From: the human T2T-CHM13v2.0 reference genome, Homo sapiens
NCBI RefSeq assembly: GCF_009914755.1
Contig: NC_060933.1
Length of the DNA: 64,000 bases
Direction: 5' to 3' (one strand)
A program made the position numbers and the translations under genes. Under the pieces are notes generated by a model, which saw only the letters and a list, made by a program, of their open reading frames with translations, was not told the DNA's origin and did not search any database. Below are positions 54,101 to 64,000 of the stretch, piece by piece (within the stretch, counting starts at the first letter, position 1; each line of letters starts with the position of its first letter).

Positions 54101-57100
54101 TTCCATTCCATTCCATTCTATTCCATTCCATTGCAATCGAGTTGAATCCATTGCATTTCATTTCATTCCATTCCATTCCATTCAATTCAGGAAGATTCCA
54201 TTCCATTGCATTCCATTCCATTCCATTCCCCTGCACTCGCGTTGATTCCATTCCATTCCATTCCATTCCATTCCGTTCCGTTCCATTCCATTCCATTCCA
54301 TTCTATTCCGTTCCGTTCCATTCCATTCCATTCCATTCTATTCGGGTTAATTCCATTCCATTCCACTCGATTGCAATCGAGTTGATTCCATTCCATTCCA
54401 TTCCATTCCATTCCATTCCTTTCCATTCCATTACGGATGATTCCATTCCATTGCATTCCATACCATTCCATTCCCCTATACTCGGGTTGATTCCATTCCA
54501 TTCCATTCCATTTCATTCCATTCCATTCCATTCCGGATGATTCCATTCCATTACATTCCATTCCATTCCATTCCCCTGCAGTCGGGTTGATTCCATTCCA
54601 TTCCATTCCATTCCATTGCATTCCGTTCCATTCCATTCCATTCCATTCTCTTCGGGTTAATTCCATTCCATTCCATTCCATTCCATTCCATTCCATTCCA
54701 TTCCATTCCAATCGAGTTGATTCCATTCCATTCCATTCCATTCCATTCCACTCCATTCCAGTCCTTTCCATTCCATTACACTCGGGTTTATTCCATTCTA
54801 TTCCTTTCCATTCCATTCCATTCCAATGCAATCGAGTTGATTCCATTGCTTTGCATTCCATTCCATTCCATTCCATTCCGGATGATTCCATTCCATTGCA
54901 TTCCATTCCATTCCATTCCCCTGCAATCGTGTTGATTCCATTCCATTCCACTCCATTCCGTTCCATTCCATTCCATTCCATTGTATTCGGGTTAATTCCA
55001 TTCCATTACATTCCATTCCATTCCATTCCATTCCATTCCATTACAATCGAGTTGATTCCATTCCATTCAATTCCATTCCATTCCATTCCATTCCAGTCCT
55101 TTCCATTCCATTGCACTCGGGTTGATTCCCTTCTATTAGTTTCCATTCCATTCCATTCCCTTCCATTCCACTCTGGTGGATTCCATTCCTTTCCATTCCA
55201 CTCAAATACATTCCCTCCTATTCCACTCGGAACGATTCCATTCCATTCTATTCCATTCCATTCCATTCCATTCCATTCCATTCCAGTTCGTTCCATTCCA
55301 TTCTATTCCGTACCATTCCATTCCATTCCATTCCTTTCCATTCCATTCCTTTCCACTCGTGTTGATTCCATTCCTTTCCATTCCATTCGGTTTGAAGGCA
55401 TTCCATTCCATTCAATTCCATTCCATTCCATTCAATTCCATTCCATTCTATTCCATTCAATTGCAATCGAGTTGAATCCATTGCGTTTCATTCCATTCCA
55501 TTCCATTCCATTCCATTCCGGAAGATTCCATTCCATTACATTCCATTCCATTCCATTCCCCTGCACTCGCGTTGATTCCATTCCATTCCATTCCATTCCA
55601 TTCCGTTCCATTCCATTCCATTCCATTCCATTCCATTCCGTTCCGTTCCATTCCATTCCATTCCATTCTATTCGGGTTAATTCCATTCCATTCCATTCGA
55701 TTGCCATCGAGTTGATTCCATTCCATTCCATTCCATTCCATTCCTTTCCATTCCATTACGGATGACTCCATTCCATTGCTTTCCATTCCATTCCATTCCC
55801 CTGTACTCGGGTTGATTCCATTCCATTCCATTCCACTCCATTCGGTTCCGTTGCATTCCATTCTATTGCATTCCATTCTATTCGGGTTAATTGCATTCCA
55901 TTCTATTCCATTCCATTCCATTCCATTCCATTGCAATGCAGTTTATTCCATTCCATTCCATTCCATTCCATTCCATTCCGGATGATTCCATTCCATTGCA
56001 TTCCATTCCATTCCATTCCCCTGCACTCGTGTTGATTCCATTCCCTTCCATTCCATTCCATTCCGTTCCATTCCATTCCATTCCATTCTATTCCGGTTAA
56101 TTCCATTCCATTCCATTCCATTCCATTCCATTCCATTCCATTGCAATCGAGTTGATTCCATTCCATTCCTTTCCATTCCATTCCATTGCCTTGCATTCCA
56201 CTCGGGTTGATTCCATTCCCTTCTTTCCACTCCATTACATTCCCTTCCATTCCACTCGGAATGATTGATTCCATTCCATTCCATTGCATTTCATTCCATT
56301 GCAATCCATTCCAATCCATTCCATTCCATTCCATTCCACTCGAGTTGACTTCATTCCATTCCTTTCCATTCCATTCCATTCCTTTCCACACGAGTTGATT
56401 CCTTTACATTCCAATCCATTGCAATCCATTCCATGCCATTCCACTCGGGTTGATTCCATTCCATTCCATTCCATTCCATTGCATTCCATTGCATTCCATT
56501 CCATTCCATTCCGTTGCATTCGATTCCATTACATTCCGATTGATTCTATTCAACTCCCTTACTCTCCATTACATTCCATTCCATTCGGGTTGTTCCATTC
56601 CATTCCATTCCATTCCACTCCATTCCATTGCACTCGGGTTGATTCCATTCCATTCCATTCCATTCCATTCCATTCCATTCCATTCCGGATGATTCCATTC
56701 CATTGCATTCCGTTCCATTACATTCCCCTGCACTCGGGTTGATACCATTCCATTCCATTCCATTCCATTCCATTCCATTCCATTCCGGATGATTCCATTC
56801 CATTGCATTCCATTCCATTCCATTCCCCTGCACTCGGGTTGATTACATTCCATTTCCTTCCCTTCCATTCCTTTCCATTCCATTCCATTCCATTCTATTC
56901 GGGTGAATTCCATTCCATTCCATTCCATTCCATTCCATTCCATTCCATTCCATTGCAATCGAGTTGAATCCATTCCATTCCATTCCATTCCGTTCCGGAT
57001 GATTCCATTCCATTCCATTCCATTCCATTCCATTCCATTCCCCTGCAGTCGGGTTGATTCCATTCCATTCCGTTCCATTCCATTCCATTCCATTCCATTC

Positions 57101-60100
57101 CGTTCCATTCCATTCCAATCAATTCTATTTGGGTTAATTCCATTCCATTCCATTCCATTCCTTTCCATTCCATTCCATTCCAATCGAGTTGATTCTATTC
57201 CATTCCATTCCACTCCATTCCAGTCCTTTCCATTCCATTCCACTCGGGTTGATTCCATTCTATTCCTTTCCATGCCATTCCATTCCATTGCAATCGAGTT
57301 GATTCCATTGCTTTGCATTGCATTCCATTCCATTCCTTTCCGGATGATTCCATTCCATTGCATTCCATTCCATTCCATTCCCCTGCGCTCGGGTTGATTC
57401 CATTCCATTCCACTCCATTCCGTTCCATTCCATTCCATTCCATTTTATTCGGGTTAATTCCATTCCATTCCATTCCATTCCATTCCATTCCATTCCATTC
57501 CATTACAATCGAGTTTATTCCATTCCATTCCATTCCATTCCATTGCATTCCATTCCAGTCCTTTCCATTCCATTCCACTCGGGTTGATTCCATTCTATTA
57601 GTTTCCATTCCATTCCATTCCCTTCCATTCCACTCTGCTTGATTCCATTCCTTTCCATTCCACTCGAATACATTCCCTCCTATTCCACTCGGAACGATTC
57701 CATTTCATTCCATTCCATTCCATTCCATTCCATTCCAGTTCGTTCCATTCCATTCTATTCCGTACCATTCCATTCCATTCCTTTCCTTTCCATTCCATTC
57801 TTTTCCACTCGTGTTGATTCCATTCCTTTCCATTCCATTCGGTTTGAAGGCATTCCATTCCATTCAATTCCATTCCATTCCATTCCATTCTATTCCATTC
57901 CATTGCAATCGAGTTGAATCCATTGCCTTTCATTCCATTCCATTCCATTCCATTCCATTCCGGAAGATTCCATTCCATTCCATTCCATTCTATTCCATTC
58001 CCCTGCACTCGCGTTGATTCCATTCCATTCCATTCCATTCCATTCCGTTCCGTTCCATTCCATTCCATTCCATTCCATTCCGTTCCGTTCCATTCCATTC
58101 CATTCCATTCTATTCGGGTTAATTCCATTCCATTCCATTCGATTGCCATCGAGTTGATTCCATTCCATTCCATTCCATTCCATTCCATTCCATTCCATTC
58201 CTTTCCATTCCATTACGGATGACTCCATTCCATTGCATTCCATTCAATTCCATTCCCCTGTACTCGGGTTGATTCCATTCCATTCCATTCCACTCCATTC
58301 GGTTCCGTTGCATTCCATTCTATTGCAGTCCATTCTATTCGGGTTAATTCCATTCCATTCTATTCCATTCCATTCCATTCCATTCCATTGCAATGGAGTT
58401 GATTCCATTCCTTTCCATTCCATTCCGGATGATTCCTTTCCATTGCATTCCATTCCATTCCATTCCCCTACACTCGTGTTGATTCCATTCCATTCCATTC
58501 CATTCCATTCCGTTCCATTCCATTCCATTCCATTCTATTCCGGTTAATTCCATTCCATTCCATTCCATTCCATTCCATTCCATTGCAATCGAGTTTTTTC
58601 CATTCCATTCCTTTCCATTCCATTCCATTGCCTTGCATTCCACTCGGGTTGATTCCATTCCCTTCTTTCCACTCCATTACATTCCCTTCCATTCCACTCG
58701 GAATGATTGATTCCATTCCATTCTATTCCATTTCATTCCATTGCAATCCATTCCAAACCATTCCATTCCATTCCATTCCACTCGAGTTGACTTCATTCCA
58801 TTCCTTTCCATTCCATTCCATTCCTTTCCACTCGAGTTGATTCCATTCCATTCCAATCCATTGCATTCCATTCCATGCCATTCCACTCGGGTTGATTCCA
58901 TTCCTTTGCATTCCATTCCATTCCATTCCATTGCATTCCATTCAATTCCATTCCGTGGCATTCCATTCCATTACATTCGGATTGATTCTATTCAACTCCC
59001 TTACTCTCCATTACATTCCATTCCATTCAGGTTGTTCCATTCCATTCCATTCCATTCCACTCCATTCCATTGCACTCGGGTTGATTCCATTCCATTCCAT
59101 TCCATTGCATTCCATTCCGGATGATTCCATTCCATTGCATTCCGTTCCATTACATTCCCTTGCACTCGGGTTGATTCCATTCCATTCCATTCCATTCCAT
59201 TCGATTCCATTCCATTCCCCTGCACTCGCGTTGATTCCATTCCATTCCATTCCATTCCATTCCATTCCATTCCATTCCATTCCTTTCCATTCCAGTCCTT
59301 TCCATTCCATTCCACTCGGGTTGATTCCATTCTATTAGTTTCCATTCCATTCCATTCCCTTCCATTCCACTCTGGTTGATTCCATTCCTTTCCATTCCAC
59401 TCGAATACATTCCCTCCTATTACACTCGGAACGATTCCATTCCATTCCATTCCATTCCATTCCATTCCATTCCATTCCATTCCATTCCATTTCGTTCCAT
59501 TCCATTCTATTCCGTATCATTCCATTCCATTCCATTCCATTGCAATCCACTCGTGTTGATTTCATTCCTTTCCATTCCATTCGGTTTGAAGGCATTCCAT
59601 TCCATTCCATTCCATTCCATTCCATTCCATTCCATTCCATTGTACTCGGGTTGATTCCATTCCATTGCATTCCATTCCATTCCATTCCGTTGCATTCCAT
59701 TCCATTACATTCGGATTGATTCTATTCAACTCCCTTACTCTCCATTCCATTCCATTCCATTCGGGTTGTTCCATTCCATTCCATTCCATTCCACTCCATT
59801 CCATTGCACTCGGATTGATTCCATTCCATTCCATTCCATTCAATTCCATTCCATTCCGGATGATTCCATTCCATTGCATTCTGTTCCATTACATTCCCCT
59901 GCACTCGGGTTGATTCCATTCCATTCCATTCCATTCCATTCGATTCCATTCCATTCCAATTCTTTCCAATCTATTCTATTCCGTACCATTCCATTCCATT
60001 CCATACAATTCCATTCCATTCCATTCCACTCCGTTCCGTTCCGTTCCGTTCCGTTCCGTTCCATTCCATTCCATTCCATTCTATTCGGTTTAATTCCATT

Positions 60101-63100
60101 CCATTCCAGTCCATTCCATTCCATTCCATTCTATTCCATTCCATTGCAATCGAGTTGAGTCCATTGCATTCCATTCCATTCCATTCCATTCCATTCCGGA
60201 AGATTCCATTACATTGCATTCCATTCCTTTCCATTCCATTCCATTCCATTCCATTCCATTCCATTCCATTGTACTCGGGTTGATTCCATTCCATTGCATT
60301 CCATTCCATTCCATTCCATTCCATTCCATTCCATTCCATTCCATTCCGTTCCATTCCATTCCATTACATTCGGATTGATTCTTTTCAACTCCCTTACTCT
60401 CCATTACATTCCATTCCATTCGGGTTGTTCCATTGAATTCCATTCCATTCCACTCCATTGCATTGCACTCGGGTTAATTCCATTCCATTCCATTCCATTC
60501 CATTCTGGATGATTCCATTCCATTGCATTCCGTTCCATTACATTCCCCTGCACTCGGGTTGATTCCATTCCATTCCATTCCATTCCATTCGATTCCATTC
60601 CATTCCCCTGCACTCGCGTTGATTCCATTCCATTCCATTCCATTCCATTCCATTCCATTCCATTCCATTCCTTTCCATTCGAGTCTTTTCCATTCCATTC
60701 CACTCGGGTTGATTCCATTCTATTAGTTTCCATTCCATTCCATTCCCTTCCATTCCACTCTGGTTGATTCCATTCCTTTCCATTCCACTCGAATACATTC
60801 CCTCTTATTCCAGTCGGAACGATTCCATTCCATTCCATTCCATTCCATTTCGTTCCATTCCATTCTATTCCGTATCATTCCATTCCATTCCATTCCATTC
60901 CATTCCATTCCATTGTACTCGGGTTGATTCCATTCCATTGCATTCCATTCCATTCCATTCCATTCCATTCCATTCCGTTGCATTCCATTCCTTTACATTC
61001 GGATTGATTCTATTCAATTCCCTTACACTCCATTACATTCCATTCCATTCGGGTAGTTTCCATTCCATTCCATTCCATTCCTCTCCATTCCATTGCACTC
61101 GGGTTGATTCGATTCCATTGCATTCCATTCCATTCCGTTCCATTCCATTCCGTTCCATTCCATTCGATTACATTCGGATTGATTCTATTCAACTCCCTTA
61201 CTCTCCATTACATTCCATTCCATTCGGGTTGTTCCATTCCATTCCATTCCATTCCACTCCATTCCATTGCACTCGTGTTGATTCCATTCCATTCCATTCC
61301 ATTCCATTCCATTCCGGAAGATTCCATTCCATTGCATTCCATTCCATTCCATTCCCCTGCACTCGCGTTGATTCCATTCCATTCCGTTCTATTCCATTCC
61401 ATTCCCTTCCTTTCCGTTCCATTCCATTCCATTCCATTCCATTCCGTTCTGTTCCATTCCATTCCATTGCATTCTATTCGGGTTAATTCCATTCCATTCC
61501 ATTCGATTGCAATCGAGTTGATTCCATTCCATTCCATTCCATTCCATTCCATTCCATTCCATTCCTTTCCATTCCATTACGGATGATTCCATTCCATTGC
61601 ATTCCATTCCATTCCATTCTCCTGTACTCGGGTTGATTCCATTCCATTCCATTCCAATCCATGCCATTCCACTCGTGTTGATTCCATTCTTTCCATTCCA
61701 TTCAAGTTGAATCCATTCCATTGCATTCCATTCCATTCGATTCCATTCGATTGCACTCGGGTTGATTCCATTCCATTGCATTCCATTCCATTCCATTCCA
61801 TTCCATTCCATTCCATTCCATTCCGTTCCATTCCATTCCATTACATTTGGATTGATTCTATTCAATTCCCTTACACTCCATTACATTCCATTCCATTTGG
61901 ATTGATTCTATTCAATTCCCTTACACTCCATTACATTCCATTCCATTCGGGTAGTTTCCATTCCATTCCATTCCATTCCTCTCTATTCCATTGAACTCGG
62001 GTTGATTCCATTCCATTGCATTCCATTCCATTCCATTCAATTCCATTCCGTTCCATTCCATTCCATTACATTCGGATTTATTCTATTCAACTCCCTTACT
62101 CTCCATTACATTCCATTCCATTCGGGTTTTTCCATTCCATTCCATTCCATTCCACTCCATTCCATTGCACTCGGGTTTATTCCATTCCATTCCATTCCAT
62201 TCCGGAAGATTCCATTCCATTGCATTCCATTCCATTCCATTCCCCTGCACTCGCGTTGATTCCATTCCATTCCATTCCATTCCATTCCATTCCATTCCAT
62301 TCCATTCCATTCTTTTCCGTTCCATTCCATTCCATTCCATTCCATTCCAATGCATTCCATTCCGTTCCGTTGCGTTCCATTCCATTCCATTCCATTCTAT
62401 TCGGGTTAATTCCATTCCATTCCATTCGATTGCAATCGAGTTGATTCCATTCCATTCCATTCCATTCCATTCCTTTCCATTCCATTACGGATGATTCCAT
62501 TCCATTGCATTCCATTCCATTCCATTCCCCTGTACTCGGGTTGATTCCATTCCATTCCATTCCAATCCATGCCATTCCACTCGTGTTGATTCCATTCTTT
62601 CCATTCCATTCAAGTTGAATCCATTCCATTGCATTCCATTCCATTCCATTCCCCTGCAGTCGGGTTGTTTCCATTCCATTCCATTCCATTCCATTCCATT
62701 CCATTCCATTCCGGATGATTCCATTCCATTGCATTCCGTTCCATTATATTCCCCTGCACTCGCGTTGATTCCATTCCATTCCATTACTTTCCATTCAATT
62801 CCATTCCATTACAATTCGTTCCAATCCATTCTATTCCGTACCATTCCATTCCATTACATACCATTCCATTCCATTCCATTCCATTCCATTCCATTCCATT
62901 CCATTCCGTTCCATTCCGTTCCATTCCATTCAATTCCATTCTATTCGGGTTAATCCCATTCCATTCCATTCCATTCCATTCTATTCCATTCCATTGCAAC
63001 CTAGTTGAATCCATTGCATTTCATTCCATTCCATTGCATTCCATTCCGGAAGATTCCATTCCATTGCATTCCATTCCATGCCATTCCCCTGCACTCGCGT

Positions 63101-64000
63101 TGATTCCATTCCATTCCATTCCATTCCATTCCATTCCATTCCATTCCATTCCGTTCCGTTCCGTTCCGTTCCATTCCATTCCGTTCCGTTCCGTTCCGTT
63201 CCGTTCCGTTCCGTTCCATTCCATTCCATTCCATTCCATTCCGGTCCGTTCCATTCCATTCCATTCCATTCCATTCCATTCCATTCCATTCCTTTCCATT
63301 CCATTACGGATGATTCCATTCCATTGCATTCCATTCCATTCCATTCCCCTGTACTCGGGTTGATTCCATTCGATTGCATTCCAATCCATGCCCTTCCACT
63401 CGTGTTGATTCCATTCTTTCCATTCCATTCAAGTTGAATCCATTCCATTGCATTCCATTCCATTCGATTCCATTCGATTGCACTCGGGTTGATTCCATTC
63501 CATTGCATTCCATTCCATTCCATTCCATTCCATTCCATTCCATTCTGTTCCTTTCCATTCTATTACATTCGGATTGATTCTATTCAATTCCCTTACACTC
63601 CATTAAGTTCCATTCCATTCGGGTAGTTTCCATTCCATTCCATTCCATTCCTCTCCATTCCATTGCACTCGGGTTGATTCCATTCCATTGCATTCCATTC
63701 CATTCCATTCAATTCCATTCCGTTCCACTCCATTCCATTACATTCGGATTGATTCTATTCAACTCCCTTAGTCCCCATTACATTTCATTCCATTCGGGTT
63801 GTTCCATTCCATTCCATTCCATTCCACTCCATTCCATTGCACTGGGGTTTATTCCATTCCATTCTATTCCATTCCATTCCATTCCATTCCATTCCGGAAG
63901 ATTCCATTCCATTGCATTCCATTCCATTCCATTCCCCTGCACTCGCGTTGATTCCATTCCATTCCATTCCATTCCATTCCATTCCTTTCGTTTCCATTCC

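Larger units (their letters stand above)
1..64000 (+). repeat. Human Satellite III (HSat3) pericentromeric/heterochromatic array, (CATTC)n on + strand
   Basis: Every line is CATTC pentamers with single-base variants (CGTTC, CATTG, CATTA, CTTTC, TATTC). These are interrupted by ACTCGGGTTG (reverse complement CAACCCGAGT), the classical Sat III interspersed decamer. The HSat2-diagnostic CATTCGATTC is only sporadic (e.g. ~630-645, 27432-27450). Chromosome and subfamily cannot be fixed by eye. Confidence 0.98.

Noticed and set aside
23-63997. Hundreds of ORFs up to 410 aa (e.g. 2491..3723 -, 43661..44797 -, 54587..55765 +) encoding MEWNG / HSIPF repeats
   Set aside because: (CATTC)n has no stop codon in any of six frames and the minus strand has an ATG every 5 nt, so long overlapping ORFs are expected. 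There is no domain content or codon structure, and fixed -1 words shift frames arbitrarily.
1-64000. CRISPR-like alternation of conserved words and intervening sequence
   Set aside because: The intervening sequences are pentamer runs, not unique spacers. There is no constant repeat/spacer length and no cas genes.
1-64000. DYZ1 (~3.6 kb) or D15Z1 (~1.8 kb) homogeneous higher-order repeat
   Set aside because: Landmark spacings vary from 0.87 to 9.1 kb, and no constant period is maintained.
1-64000. Telomeric repeats, alpha satellite/CENP-B boxes, G-quadruplex tracts, transposon fragments
   Set aside because: I saw no TTAGGG arrays, no 171-bp monomers, no clustered runs of three or more G, and no poly-A tails or non-satellite sequence.

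Overview
The whole 64-kb window is one uninterrupted array of classical human/great-ape Satellite III (HSat3). It is a (CATTC)n / (GGAAT)n pentamer backbone punctuated every ~30-100 bp by recurring linker words (ACTCGGGTTG = CAACCCGAGT on the minus strand, AATCGAGTTG, TATTCGGGTTAA, CCGGATG, CCGGAAG, ACTCGCGTTG and others). I see no credible gene, RNA gene, transposon insertion, CRISPR array or strand inversion. All listed ORFs are artefacts of a stop-free pentamer (HSIPF / MEWNG periodic peptides). I found no new gene-based system. The informative signal is architectural: (i) a scrambled ~1.7-1.8 kb cycle of linker words rather than a fixed higher-order repeat; (ii) recent nested direct duplications with offsets from 50 bp to 7 kb and a possible ~60-kb recurrence; (iii) a second module family that appears only after ~18.8 kb; (iv) about 36 perfect three-unit heat-shock elements (ATTCC-GGAAG-ATTCC), roughly one per 1.8 kb. 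Counts and coordinates come from manual reading, and duplication boundaries are approximate (about +/-50 bp).
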